Source: Octopus sinensis
Taxonomy: Eukaryota
NCBI RefSeq assembly: GCF_006345805.1
Contig: NC_043005.1
Coordinates: forward strand, 31,496,001 to 31,560,000
Length of the DNA stretch: 64,000 nucleotides
Direction: 5' to 3'
Part shown: piece by piece, positions 1 through 14,135 of the stretch
How positions within the stretch are numbered: the stretch's first letter is position 1
Layout: every line of letters begins with the position of its first letter
Translations under genes and position numbers: made by a program
The notes under the pieces: model-generated
The model's database searches: none
What the model was told of the DNA's origin: nothing
What the model saw: the letters and a program-made list of their open reading frames with translations, nothing else

Positions 1-3000
1 CCTATATTTCTATCTATCCATCTTCATTGTCAATGGAACCTCATTCAAACAAACAAAAACAACGTTCTCTTCGAAACAAAAAAAAACCCCACAAAACATG
101 TTTTATATGAATGAACAAGCTGTTAGAGAAACGAACGAAAGCGATAATAACAACGAAGAAATAAACAAATTTTTTCCAAACTTCTGATGACTTTTTCTCA
201 ACACACACACACACACACGCACGCACACTCCTACACTGCGCGCATGCGTGACGATAAAACACTGTTTAATGTCATGTTGTTTATCTTCAAACTTCAAACC
301 AAACATCACTGCTACAAAAATCTTCGTAGACTTAACAAAATCCTCTGCCACGAAGTTCATATACAAAATAAATAAATAAATAAATAAATAAATAAACCGA
401 ATGACAAAAATATAAATGTTATTTCGAACACGTATCAAGAATGTTTAAAGAAATACATTGATCGATAATTCAAAGTGCAATTCCACCGATCTGTAGATCA
501 AAGAGGCGCAAATATTGGCAAAATATAACATGTTAATGGCCATGCAGTTAAATTTGATCAAGAATCTCTACAAGGTGTTCAACAAATGCTACCAATTAAT
601 GTTCTTGCATTAAAGTACATTCAACTTGTCGACTTCTTGAAATCAGCCTGGCTGACTATTCACATATTCAACAGTGACTTCTAGACTAAGGCATCAATGT
701 ATACTGCCACTTCAACAATACGCACAAACTGCATGAAATACGAGTTATCGATCAGCTAGAAAGAGCAGCCAAAGTTACCTAAAATCGAAGTATACTCTCG
801 TAACGCAAATGATTCTTTGATAGAGTAGTCCCGATGTAACTCCATCTGAAACAACGTCTAAATACATAAATCTCGACAGAGACAGGGGAGATCTGAGCTA
901 AACAACATCACGCACCATCTACTGTTGCGTGGATAGATATGAAAAAGTTCGTCAGAACTTTTAAAGCAGTATGGAACTGGATGGTAGTGTTACCTTGGCA
1001 GTCACTCCACAGTAGAATGGTACATTTCAAACAATCGCTTTTCAAACTTGAGAATTTCAGAAAAAGCAATCTTGTTGCAACGACATCATCAGCAGTGTGT
1101 CAGCTCCCACAATATCAATCTGTAATAGGAAAACTGTTTTCGTTCGAAATGTCTCATTTCTGATGTAACTAACTGTATTTTCTCCACAATCTTTCTTCTT
1201 GATATGATCTCTATAATCACTCACACTGCTCTCTAAAACAATATTACCTGTACCACTTCACTCAATTTTAGATGTTATACATTTACAATCTGAAAACGAT
1301 ACACCTGGTAAACTCTTAAGTCTAAAAAACAAAATAAATCATCTCAATTTTTGTTGTTCGTTTATGGAAACAAGTATATTAAGAGCATTCTTCTTCAATT
1401 TAGTGAATCTACATCTCTGTCCTTACTTCTTTAACCATTTCTTACTTTGTCTCATTTCTTTTCCTTTTTATTCTTCCTTTATTTACGTTTCAATTTAACC
1501 TCTTACTAAATTCCAATCCGTTTAACTGCAATATATAAAAAAGAAAGAAAGCTAACTGCTATAGGAAGTGAACACATTGTACAACTGTTTAATGTGTTGT
1601 ATACAAATCCTGCTCTGAAAGAAGCCTGCAATCGACAGGCATTTATGGTCAGTAGCGGAGATATTTAAGAAAAAATGAAACGTGATCATTGGAAAGAATT
1701 CATAATGAAAGACTCTGCACAAATTTAGCTTTGTGAACTCTCACTCTCTTCTTAATAATTCATTTCTACCTATTTGTGTCTGTTGACTGAATCAAATAAA
1801 TGAGAAAGGAATGATGCAGAAGATAAAGAATAATGAGTGATGACCAGATGGATATACAACAAAATGTAGAAATTTGCGTCCAATCTCTGAACAAGATACT
1901 CAATCTTAGAATAGAGAACAAAACACTCATCTTTGAAAGTTAATTTACATTAGTGTATGATCCTAATTTCTGACTTTCAGCGAGAAACGTGTCTTTGTTT
2001 CATTCAATTTATCGAATCGGATAACATTTACAAAAGTTATAGGCTAGATTCCCTATACTCATTACATCTTATAATATTTCACTTCCACTACTATTATCAG
2101 TGTTATATTAATCATTCTAACTACTATGATATAGTTCTTTGTCTAGTAAACAATAATAGCTACAACTTTGAATGCTAATTTAGTGTTCAAGTGGAAACTA
2201 GATATTGCCTCCGCTTAATTTTACCTTGATAGAAATAGATGTAAATGATCCATTATGTATCTTAAAAGAAACTATATTAAGACATATAATCCATTGACTC
2301 TTTAGTATATATGACTGGTAAAATGACGTACCTTAGATTTGATCTTTCCACATCACTAATTTTCTAAACAAAAATGTTTATAACCGCGATAAAAGTTGTT
2401 GGCGGTCTGAGCCTATCGTACAGAGGCATATTCTTTGTCTAATATTGTTGAGGTTCATCACTAAAATTATATAATGTAATCTCTGAGCAATTTGTCTGGC
2501 GTCACCTCAACGCTGTTTTATTTCGCGTAGTCAGAGTAAGAATGATATCACACTTGAGACCCTCTGAAGTTTTTGGGTCTTTCGAGACTGGAGGGAGAAG
2601 GAAGGAAGGCATTTATTCTCGTAGTGCATACCTAGCTTTAATGTCTGCAACTCTGCTGAAGATACCCTAGGACCAGTGGGGCTGTCTAATTAAGATTACT
2701 ACCCAATATTAACCACTAAACCTACCTAATTTACATTTTCATAGCAGAGATTTAATTCATCTCCGAGTAACTGTGAACCCCTCACACTTTCTTTCAAGGT
2801 TGCCCGTGATTAGATTTGTGTTTATATGTAATACAGTTTCTTTTGGTAGGAAACAAGTACCTGGAAATATGATTGCTGGGATTTTCCATAGATAATATTT
2901 GGCACTCTGTTGTATTTGATTTGGTTTGCAGAAATCTGCCCTGAGAATAGTTTCTCCTTCGGTAACTTTGCTGGGAATGTTTACTGTTAATTAAACTGGA

Positions 3001-4012
3001 AGCTTTAAAAGCCTATCCAAGCAAAAGTTAATCTAATCAATTCCCCAACTTAAAACCATCCCTTAATGTGGTATACAAATACGTACGTGTTTGCACATAT
3101 ATGGCATTGCACATCCCATGTGTGTTTGTGCATCTTTTAGTTTTCACGTCACAATGTGGCTATAAAGTCTTTAAGTATAAAACGGTGTACTTATATATTT
3201 CTATGAAATTTAATGTATTTCTACATTTTGTGCATTAAATAGTGAAATACATATACAGTGTGGGTTATGAATAAGAAATATTTCAACTCATATCGATATA
3301 CATTTGTTCCTTGTCCAGGAACCAGGGTCATGAATTATGCTGTATTTATAATTTCCCGATGATCAACCGCGTGTTTTCATGTAAACGAGGGATATATTTG
3401 TTTACATTTTAATAAGTGACCTTCACCTTCTATCAGCGACAGTTTTCGAGTGGTAGAAGTGATTGAATGCTGATAAAACTGGTCCTTTTGACCGTCATCT
3501 CCTAACTATCGAAAGAATGGGGTTTGGGCCTGATTTTACAGCGATAATAAAAAGTGCAAATATGAGATTTTAGTATTCTTTACATACTACATACATTTGA
3601 GGAAAAAACTATTTTGTAATATTTCTCTTCTACAAAGGCCACAGAGAGGTGAAGTTCCATTGAAATGGCGGTGTCCTTTCAATATTATCCTAACAAGCAT
3701 GCATTTGCCATTATACAGAGCTAAGTTAGCTAGCTTACTCAACTTTCTGTATTAACAAAATAAGAAACAAATTTTATACAAATGCTTCTTATTTGTCGTC
3801 TCTGTCACCGTTTTCCATTTTTTCTCCATAGTTATACATTTTCTTACCTCTTTTCTTCTTGAAGTAACAGTTTACACTTCCAACAACTGAACAGGAATTA
3901 ATCATCTGCACGAGCGTCTTGAAATTTTGATTAGTGTACAATATTCTTCAAAATATTAAACTATACGATAATGTTCTTAACATAATCTGCCCTTTCTAAA
4001 TATTCTCTAGGC

Positions 4013-4210
4013 ACAAGGCCCAAAATTCTGGGGGAGGGGGCCAGTCGATTAAATTGACCCCAGTACGCAACTGCTACTTAACTTATCAACCCCGAAAGAA
4101 TGAAAGGCAAAGTCGACCTCGGTGAAATTTGAACTTAGAACGTAAAGACAGACGAAATACCGTTAAGCATTTCGCCCGGCGTTCTAACGTTTCAACCAGC
4201 TCGTTGCCTT
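4013..4210 (-). mobile_element. tRNA-derived SINE (family B)
   Basis: Reverse complement reads tRNA-like head with B-box-like AAGTTCAAATT, then GAGGTCGACTTTGCCTTTCAT..TTCGGGG core; related copies at 15520-15715 and 59155-59345. Confidence 0.75.
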
Positions 4211-5052
4211 GCCCTTCCTAAATATTAAGTCTAAAAACTTATCATGGTGCATACTATTTTTATACAATGCCTGAAAAATTATGAAAAAAAATGGATGCTG
4301 TTACAATGAGTCTAGTGGTAAGGAAGTTGCATTTTTAAACAATTATTCTCCCTTGTACAATATTCTTCGAAGTATTAAACTATACGATAATGTTGCACCA
4401 TGTTGAACTGTTATGTAGCATAGTTCTAGTGTAATATGGTTCATTATGATGTGCTATGATGTATTAACTAACATTCTCTTCTCGTCGCCATCCTAAAATA
4501 CCGAGATACTGCATACAATAGTTTGGTTATATCGTGTTTATGAGATAGATTTCTAAACAGCTTAAAATTAAATCGATATTCTAGTAATTTCAGTAACTCT
4601 TAGGACTTTTCTTCATTCTGACAATTTAAAATTCCGGTTCAATGATAAAAACAGATTCGGTACAAATTTGTTACATACTCATCACAACTTATCATTGAAA
4701 ATTGTCCTTGCATTAAAACAAAACTGCAGTACTGTACACTTACATACAATTCATTTATACACATATAAATAGACATACGCAGACTCTAGGATTACGTGGA
4801 ATATAATATTACTTACACTTTTGTATAGGAGGAACATGTGTGATAAACTGTGCGAATTAGTTTACAACTGAAATTTTGTTATTGAAACTTTATATAAAAT
4901 ACTTTATTGCACCAGGAAGAATTGTATATCAATTGTATTTTGTGTTGTAATCTTAATATTGTAAAAGCAAAAATAGAAAAAGTAAATCGTAAACATGTAA
5001 AAAGTTATTGAAAAGAAACAGAAACGTGTAAAACAGGATAACCATACAACAA

Positions 5053-5261
<209 letters not shown>

Positions 5262-5286
5262 GTGGAAACAAATTATTTCTATGTAG

Positions 5287-5430
5287 AGTGAAACAGAATG
5301 GCTTCCTTGCAGATGTGGATTAAAATTATTACCTTCAATCAGAGAATTCAGAAAAAAAAAAATTATCCATTCAAAGAGAAATATAACTGAATCGCGTCTA
5401 CATGAAAGTCACTCTTACAGAAATTATTTA
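5287..5430 (+). CDS. Candidate internal coding exon, product unknown (SETEWLPCRCGLKLLPSIREFRKKKIIHSKRNITESRLHESHSYRNYL)
   Basis: Acceptor tttctatgtag, donor GTAAGT, 144 nt open in phase 0-0 in non-repeat sequence; no homology recognised and no partner exon established. Confidence 0.3.
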
Positions 5431-6439
5431 GTAAGTTCTTATTCGTTGAACTTGCTTCTTAATAGGTTTTTCATTGATTGAATTTTACATTTTCTTATAA
5501 CTTTCACGCTTTCTTTACTTTTTTCTCTTTTTGATAGCTTATAATTTTAATTTTAATTCTTTTAAATATTTTTATATATTTGGTATATTTTTATATGTTT
5601 ATTACATTTTTATTGTATATATTTCTCTTTTTTCCATTTACTATGTAATTAAATTTCTTTCTTTATCTCTCTCTTTCTCTACATCTTCCCCTTTCTCTCT
5701 GTAAGCATTCCTCTACTTGTAATGATGTCAATATTGGATGTTAAGATGTTATAGTAATATCGAAAGAAAACAAAATATTAAAAAAAACTATCATTCATAA
5801 GTGTACTTTTCTGTGTTATAAAAAAACGTCTAATTAGAACGTGTAGGTATGGGTGTCCGTGTCTATACCCGTGTTTGTGTGTGTACATATAATTGTATAC
5901 AACCCCACAAGTTTTGCAAATATGTATAACCGCTAACACGACTATGCCCGGCCTTTATTTTCTTTTGGAAAGGTGTTACTTTATTAATCCCTGATGTTTT
6001 GTTGTTAATGCTGAAATTGAAAAAAAAACAATAGACATTTTAAGACTTCCACAGTCTTATTGTTGTATGAAGAATTTTTGTTTAGTTATGTAATTAAAAT
6101 ACAGAACAACTTGAAATGCTGATGGCACGAAAAAATAATTAGGATTGATATAGTAGAAATCAATGTTATTATATTAATAAAAAAAACCTCGAGAATATTT
6201 GTGAAATATTGACAGAATCTTTAAAAGCTTGGCATTTTTTTTATTTAACATCCTTCGTGTTCAGTGTTTCAACATACCAAAGTCAGCTTCGCCTATCATA
6301 TTTCACAGGTTGATTGAATACAGTGTCAATCAATCACATTTAAATTTGACGTATGATTAAAAAATAACAACAGCTATTGTTCTGTCCTACTGATTTTCCA
6401 TTCTGCTGATCACATGCCAATATAACTTTTTTCACTTTT

Positions 6440-6641
6440 TCTCCTTTTACATGTTTCTCTTATTTGACTGTAGCCATGCTGGGGCACCATCTTGAAGGGT
6501 TTTAATCGAACAAATCGACCCAAGGATTTTTTAAAGTCTAGTACTTATTCTATCGGATCTTTTGCTGAACCGCTGTTAAGGAACGTAAACACACCAACAC
6601 CAGTTGTCAAGCGGTGACACTAAGACATACACACATAAGCA

Positions 6642-6685
<44 letters not shown>

Positions 6686-6760
6686 TATATATATATATAT
6701 ATATACATATATACGACGGGCTTCTTTCAGTTCCGTCTACCAAATCCACTCACAAGGCTT
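6440..6760 (-). mobile_element. tRNA-derived SINE (family A), head truncated by a hammerhead-bearing insertion
   Basis: Family A tail (GACTGTAGCCATGCTGG..TACTTATTCTATCGG..GTAAACACACC), internal (TA)n, then CGACGGGCTTCTTTCAGTTCCGTCTACCAAATCCACTCACAAGGCTTT broken at 6760. Confidence 0.75.
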
Positions 6761-6929
6761 TATCTCCCCCAAGAAAAAGTCAAATTTTAATTATATATCC
6801 TTCAATATTTTTAAAGACTAAATATCATACACTCATAATAACAATAATTGTTTGATTGTTTTGTTTTCTCTGCTCTATGTACGATATGAATTATCATAAT
6901 AAAATTTCGCCTCTAGTCGAACAATTATT

Positions 6930-6971
6930 CTGTGCTGATGAAGGGAAATAGCCCGAAATCGCGATACGCAG
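6930..6971 (+). ncRNA. Minimal type I hammerhead ribozyme motif
   Basis: Stem I CTGTG/CGCAG; CTGATGA + extra A; stem II GGG-AAATAG-CCC; GAAA; self-complementary stem III ATCGCGAT; AUA cleavage triplet. Confidence 0.75.
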
Positions 6972-7147
6972 GTATTTTTTTGAGCTGAGTGGGGATGCAA
7001 TATTCCTTGTTCGAAAATATAAGGACAAATATCGTGTCATATAGCCAGCTGGAGACGATGTTTCCAGGGGCTAAATTACAGCAACATTCGTCCTAAACCA
7101 GGACTATGTTATGTTGGCAAACAATCTTTATTACTATTATATATATA

Positions 7148-7178
<31 letters not shown>

Positions 7179-7320
7179 AGTGGATTTCCACTTCGGCATC
7201 TGAAACTCAGAGTTTTATCTTGACTATTGAGTAAATGTAACATATTATTTTATAGATAAATTTCCTCTATTTACATAATATTGAGATCTCTTTCTTTCTT
7301 TTGTTATCTCACCGTTTTTA

Positions 7321-7383
<63 letters not shown>

Positions 7384-7388
7384 TATAT

Positions 7389-7452
<64 letters not shown>

Positions 7453-7672
7453 TACGACGGGCTTCTTTCAGTTTCCGTCTACCAAATCCACTCACAAGGC
7501 TTTATCTCCCCCAAAGAAAAAGTCAAATTTTAATTATATATCCTTCAATATTTTTAAAGACTAAATATCATACACTCATAATAACAATAATTGTTTGATT
7601 GTTTTGTTTTCTCTGCTCTATGTACGATATGAATTATCATAATAAAATTTCGCCTCTAGTCGAACAATTATT

Positions 7673-7715
7673 CTGTGCTGATGAAGGGAAATAGCCCGGA
7701 AATCGCGATACGCAG
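7673..7715 (+). ncRNA. Second copy of the same hammerhead motif (extra G before GAAA)
   Basis: Same as 6930-6971 but CCCGGAAA. Confidence 0.65.
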
Positions 7716-7892
7716 GTATTTTTTTGAGCTGAGTGGGGATGCAATATTCCCTTGTTCGAAAATATAAGGACAAATATCGTGTCATATAGCCAGCTGGAGA
7801 CGATGTTTCCAGGGGCTAAATTACAGCAACATTCGTCCTAAACCAGGACTATGTTATGTTGGCAAACAATCTTTATTACTATTATATATATA

Positions 7893-7923
<31 letters not shown>

Positions 7924-8065
7924 AGTGGATTTCCACTTCGGCATCTGAAACTCAGAGTTTTATCTTGACTATTGAGTAAATGTAACATATTATTTTATAG
8001 ATAAATTTCCTCTATTTACATAATATTGAGATCTCTTTCTTTCTTTTGTTATCTCACCGTTTTTA

Positions 8066-8132
<67 letters not shown>

Positions 8133-8156
8133 ATACGCGCGGACACACACACATAT

Positions 8157-10987
8157 ATGAAGTTAAACGCAAATGTTATTCAAATCTTTATACTACCGAC
8201 ATATGTTTCGAAGAAAACATTGGTATTATTTCAGAAGGAATAAAATGATGTAAGACAGAGCAATCTTCTCAGCAGGGGATAAAAGAGAAACAGAACGCAT
8301 CAATAAGACATTTTTACCGAATGTGATTGCTGCATATATGATGAAGGGAACGCTGGTAAGTTATTTTTTTAGAAAACCGTTAATAGATATAACGTCTTAT
8401 TAGTAAGACAAACTTCTATATTAACCGACAATAAAGACATTAAACAGCCTTCTAACGATCTAACTTCTGAATTCAAGAAATTGTTTAAATCTAAAAACAA
8501 TCCTCCACCTAACCTAAAATTGAAACACTTTGAAAACTGGTCTGTCGTGAGGAATGGGAAATTCCACCGTTCACCCGTAAGGAATAAACATCTTAGCTAT
8601 CTTCCCAATATCACCAAAGAAATTCATAACATGGATGGGATACTGGTTCAATCGGATAAAACAGGAAACTTATACATACTTACCAAGGATTTTCCCTAGA
8701 ATTGCTTAGAAAAGAAATACAGAAGAATTATAAGATTACTGGTAAAAGTGCAATCAGGAAAGCCAACCTTGAGGCTAAGAAAATTATGGACATGAAAACC
8801 GAAACCCATCATCCCAAACAAGCTCGTTTTATTTTAAAAGATCACAAACAAAATTTGTTTAATAACCCATCCTTACGACTTATTTGTCCTTCTAGCTCTG
8901 ACATCTGTGTACTTAGTAAAAACATTATAGACAAATATATTCCTACCGTAGTTAAAAAAATTAAAGCTTAATTTATGGTCTAATTCGTTCCAAGTGGTGG
9001 ACTGGTTCAATTCTATTAATAACAAGAAGTGCACTAAGTTTGTCTAGTCTGACATTTTTAGTTGCTATTCCTCTATCAACCTAGTTGTACTTAACAAGGC
9101 ACTCTGGCTCGCTTACAACAAAGCAGGTCTCACCAAGGAGGGAATTAATGTCGCGTTAGCCGCCGGAAAATCTAATATTTAATTTGAGAACAAGCTGTGG
9201 GTCCGTTAAGATAAGCCCAACAGTTTTGATGTCACGATGGGAAGTTCTGATTCAGTACAAATTGATGGTTTGGTCGGTATATATATCCTTTATGAGATGG
9301 CTGAGCAATTCCCAAACATCAACGGAGGTCTATATCGTGATGGTTGTCTACTCTACTTTCAAAATACTTCTAACCAAAATCTACAAAGGGTTAAAAATAG
9401 GTGCGTTAAATTTTTCCGAAACGTGGGCATTGTTTTCGATGATGATATAACTAAAGCCAAATTTTTGGATATTACCCTTAACTTATATAATGATTCATAT
9501 TTCCCATACCATAAACACTCAACTAATTTAAAATATATTAGCTCTTTCAGTAATTATTCTAAGGTTATTACAAGGAATTTACTTAAGAATATTTCACTTA
9601 GACTTTCTAGATTATCTGCCAGTATTGATTTCTTCAACGATAAAGCCGAATTTTATAAATCTGCCAAACCTGAAGCTGGTTATAAAGAAAAATACCTATA
9701 TCAACCTTATTGACATTAAATCCACCTCTATTAATCAGGACATGAAATCAAGTCATAACGGTAATAACAATATAAATTTTAGTTCGAATAACAACACTAA
9801 ATTGAGAAATGTAATTCTACAGCGTAAGGGAGCTAACCGTTCTTTAAGGCCCTTTTTTTCTTTGTAAAAGTACATCTAGGACTTTTAAAGATAATTACCC
9901 TAATAATAATGGTTGATAATTCCATACGGTAAGCAGATCAAATCTAACCTCCCTTACTAGTTTCGTGAGGCTATAGATAAGAATTTCCCACAAAATTCAA
10001 GATACTATTCCATTATCAGTTCACACCGGATCAGGATAGGGTTATCAAAAACCTTTCACAAATCATCTCTTCTCATAACAAAATTTGTTAAATAAAAATC
10101 CACTTAATGAAAATTATAACAATGATATTATTGACACTAATCGTTCCTTAAACAATAATAGCAACAATATTAGTATTTCTGATATAAATTCCAATCGCAT
10201 TCGTTTCCTTAGCAGTAATTCTAAGACTAAAAACTATTTATCAATATATATATAATGGAGTTTTTTATATAGGTAGTTCTTCATCTCAGTTGTTCAAAAG
10301 AATATCTTACCATTACTCGACATTTAGACATATCAATGAACGTAACAATAATGGGCTTAGTAAATTAATTTGGTCTTTAAGGAACATAATAATTTGATTT
10401 GGAATGGAATATTCTATCTAGAACTTTCCCGTATGATAAAAGTAAATCTTTTTGCTCGCTCTGTAACGATGAACTGTATTTCATCCTGTTCTTAGAGAAT
10501 CCTCTTGTAAACACGTTTAAAGAACGCGTTTATCGTTGCAAACATTGGCAAGAAATATACCTCTAGTTCCTATAAGTGATTTCTGCCACACTATAAAATT
10601 CGAACTTTTAAGTGTCTTCTTACATTTACTGCCACTAAATATAACTATTTACACACCTTTAATCTGTATTCCTATTCACCTATCGCATTATATTTCTCCA
10701 CTTTAGTTTTCTGCTAATTTCTCTCTTCCTCCTTTTTCTCGTTCTATAGATTGTCTTTGACGTTATATCTAAGAACGGTTTTTTTTAATGACTTACTAGC
10801 GTTCCCTTCATCTTAAATGCAGTAATCACATTCGGTTAAAATGTCTTATTCATGCGTTTTGTTACTCTTTTTTCCAAAGATTGTATTGTTTTGCATCATT
10901 TTAGTATTTCTGAAATAATACCAATGTATTCTTCGAAACATATGTCGGAAGTATAAAGATTTGAATAACAACTGCGTTTAACTTCAT
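8157..10987 (+). mobile_element. Penelope-like element, Naiad-like, degenerate ORF, flanked by ~240-bp inverted repeats
   Basis: RT fragments LKDHKQNLFNNPSLRLICP, MGSSDSVQIDGLVGIYIL, GLYRDGCL, AKFLDITLNL; GIY-YIG region FYIGSSSSQLFKRISYHYSTFRH..LSKLIW and C-terminal FCSLCNDE..YRCKHW; 8157-8396 is the reverse complement of 10759-10987. Confidence 0.85.
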
Positions 10988-11191
10988 TTCTTTATTTATG
11001 TATGTTAAATAAAAAGCATTTCACCAACACCTCGAATTTCTACCTTTATAAGTAGGCTGTTACATCCTTGGAACTTATATGAATTTTTGCTACCCTGGTA
11101 ACTATTCATTTATTTTTTCCGTGTTATTTGTAAACATAAAAAAATACATATACATTTATATATATATATATATATATACTATATATATTAC

Positions 11192-11226
<35 letters not shown>

Positions 11227-11284
11227 AACTGGTGTAATTAAATCATCGATAGTTTAATATAATTTTCAGAATATAAAATTATAT

Positions 11285-11320
<36 letters not shown>

Positions 11321-11469
11321 ATATATATAAACATGTAAGACATTAAAAATATATTATCAAATATTTATCAAATACATAGTATATATGTATATTATAGGTT
11401 GTGCAAATATACTTATGGCAGTATGTTCAACTACGAAATATTTGTATTATCATATATATATATATATAT

Positions 11470-11650
11470 CATGTGACACATCGCTGGTCACAATGCGTTC
11501 GCATTGTTTTAGCCTTCGGATGACGCCACCCCGCTCGTGAGCTTTTAGGTGTTTTCGCTCAATAAACACTCACAACGCCCGGTCTCGAAACCGCGAGATC
11601 CTACGACCGCGAGTCCGCTGCCCTAACCACTAGGCCATTGCGCCTCCATT
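11470..11650 (-). mobile_element. tRNA-derived SINE (family C)
   Basis: RC begins TGGAGGCGCAATGGCCTAGTGGTTAGGGCAGCGGAC (A-box) with B-box-like GGTTTCGA; related copy at 17300-17520 and tail at 44455-44545. Confidence 0.8.
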
Positions 11651-11672
11651 ATATATATATATATATATATAC

Positions 11673-11712
<40 letters not shown>

Positions 11713-11724
11713 TATATATATATC

Positions 11725-11816
<92 letters not shown>

Positions 11817-11847
11817 CGCGAGAAAGAAGCAACAAGAATGGATAGGT

Positions 11848-11938
11848 TTTTAGTACGATCGTTTCATACAAGGACAGGTTTTATTAAAAGTGCAAAGATA
11901 CAGCAGATATAAACGAGTCCCGTACTCATCAGCTAAAA
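11848..11938 (-). ncRNA. Type I hammerhead ribozyme motif with long stem II
   Basis: RC: stem I TTTTAG/CTAAAA (6 bp); CTGATGA; stem II GTACGGGAC..GTCCTTGTAT; GAAAC; stem III ACGATCGT; GUA triplet. Confidence 0.75.
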
Positions 11939-12386
11939 TACATGTAAGTTCTCTAGACATCCTAGTGTTTGAGGCTATACTCATGAAGTAATGTAGATAA
12001 TTAAACAGATTTCTAAAGTTCATTAAAGTCTTATTGTATATCGATATATAATATATATATATATATTGTTGCGTCTGAGGAGACTCATTCTCTTTTAACG
12101 CCTTTAACACACTAACCGGTAAAGTTTCCACTCATTTACTTATTTATCTTTCCTAAAATTTTCGTTGCGTCTTGCAAACTTTTCAATAGTTCTTGACTAA
12201 GTCTGTTATCCGAGGTGCGTTCTTTTTTATTGTTTGTGCGCATGTGTGCGAGTCAGTGCGTGTGCACATATACATGTATGTATGTATGGGTGTGTATGCT
12301 TGTATGTATGTGCGTGTGCGTATGTATATATATATATATATATATACATAAAATATATGTATGTATATATATATATACATAAAATA

Positions 12387-12458
12387 AAAGGGCGGTGCCC
12401 CAGCATGGCCTCAGCCGGATGGCTGAAACAAGTAAAAGAGTAAAAGAGTAAAAGAGTA
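12387..12458 (+). mobile_element. SINE family A 3' tail fragment
   Basis: GGCGGTGCCCCAGCATGGCC..GAAACAAGTAAAAGAGTAAAAGAG. Confidence 0.65.
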
Positions 12459-13563
12459 TATATGCATGTATGCGTATGTATGAGTTCGTTTGTATGTAGG
12501 TATTCTGCATATTCATGTTTGTGTTTGTGTGTTCGTGTTTTTGTGCTTTTCTTCAGTGCGCGCGTGTGTGTATGTTTTTGCATGTGTGTGAACTTTTGTC
12601 TCCTTGTATGTGCATGTCTGTGTTTGTTTGTGCGTATGTGTTTTTGACTATGTACTGTGTCTCAATGTATGGATGTGTATCTGCATATATATGGGATATC
12701 TGTCTTCATATCTCTCCTTGTGTGAAGTGAAGTGCATGTGCTTCAGTCTTTATTTGCGTATGTGTATGTGTGCTTGTCTGTACATATTACCTATGTACCT
12801 ATCCATATGTATGTCTATCTGTTTTCATTCATATCCATTTGCCTACATACATGAGCATACATATACGTATACATACACACACATACATACATGTACGTAC
12901 ACACACATACATACATATAGTATACATACATACACACATACATACATGTACATAACAGCCCACTAACTGTTCTTCCTGTATATAAATGTAAACTGTGGGT
13001 ATGAGAGTATGATTACCAGCCACGTATATAGGGAGAGACATCTAGGACCATCGCGGAAAGACTGAATTAAAATTTGAGACAATATGACGACAAAAAACAG
13101 TCCTCCATACTCTACCAACATGGAGGCAACCTGGGTCAACTTGAGATCTGCGTTTCATCCAAGCACCCACAGGACCCAACCCTCAGAGAAATACAGGAGT
13201 ACATTCTCATAAATGAAACATCCCCAGTACTAAATAGAAAATATACGTAGTAGGTAATCAAATACATATATATATATATACCAATTATATACGTTTTTAT
13301 TATTTTTTTGCAATTTACTTAATCATTGGTATTTTATTGCTATTTTAATTTTGATATTACTATTATATGTAATTTTCTAGATGGTGTAATTTAATAGTTC
13401 ATTTGGGATTGATAAATGGTGGTTTTTTCTAATTTTTATATATATATATATATATATATTATATTGTGTGAAATTTGATTTAGTATTCTCTAAATTAAAT
13501 TTTTTCCCTGTAAGTTAGGATTAATATTCCCTCAAAATAATATAATAATTATATATATATATA

Positions 13564-13643
<80 letters not shown>

Positions 13644-13681
13644 ATATATTATCTATATATATAGACATATAGATAGATAGA

Positions 13682-13836
13682 TAGGCGCTGTAGTGGGTGT
13701 GTGGTAAGTAGCTTGCTTACCAAAGTGGTTGCGGGTTCAGTATCCTTGGGCAAGTGTCTTCTACTATAGCTCGGGCCGACCAAAGCCTTGTGAATAGATA
13801 TGTTAGACGAAACTAAAAGAAGCCTCTCGTATATAT

Positions 13837-13933
<97 letters not shown>

Positions 13934-14135
13934 GTGTGTACGTGTGTGTATGTGTGTTTGTGTGTATGTGCTTCTCCCCCACCATTTGACAACAAATTTT
14001 GGTGTGTTTAGTCCCCGTAACTTAGCTGTTCAGTGAAAGAGAGCGATAGAATAAGTACTAGACTGCAGGCAGTGCTTCAGCATGGCCGCAGTCAAATGAC
14101 TGAAGCAAATAAAAAATAAAAGAATAAAAGAAAAG
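13682..14135 (+). mobile_element. tRNA-derived SINE (family A), full length with internal (TA)n(TG)n
   Basis: Head TAGGCGC..GTGTGGTAAG..GGGTTCAG, core GGCAAGTGTCTTCTACTATAGC, microsatellite, tail CAGCATGGCCGCAGTCAAATGACTGAA. Confidence 0.8.

Larger units (their letters stand above)
6711..8070 (+). repeat. Near-identical tandem duplication, ~740-bp unit (6711-7451, 7452-8070), one hammerhead motif per unit
   Basis: Units match except for microsatellite length and 1-nt indels. Confidence 0.9.

Noticed and set aside
430-1165. Coding-like composition, possible pseudogene or terminal exon
   Set aside because: All frames I tried contain several stops and I recognised no motif
8157-10987. Selenocysteine-coding Naiad (reported for some members of this clade)
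   Set aside because: The C-terminal Cys codons I checked are TGC/TGT and the ORF is too decayed to interpret any TGA; no SECIS identified
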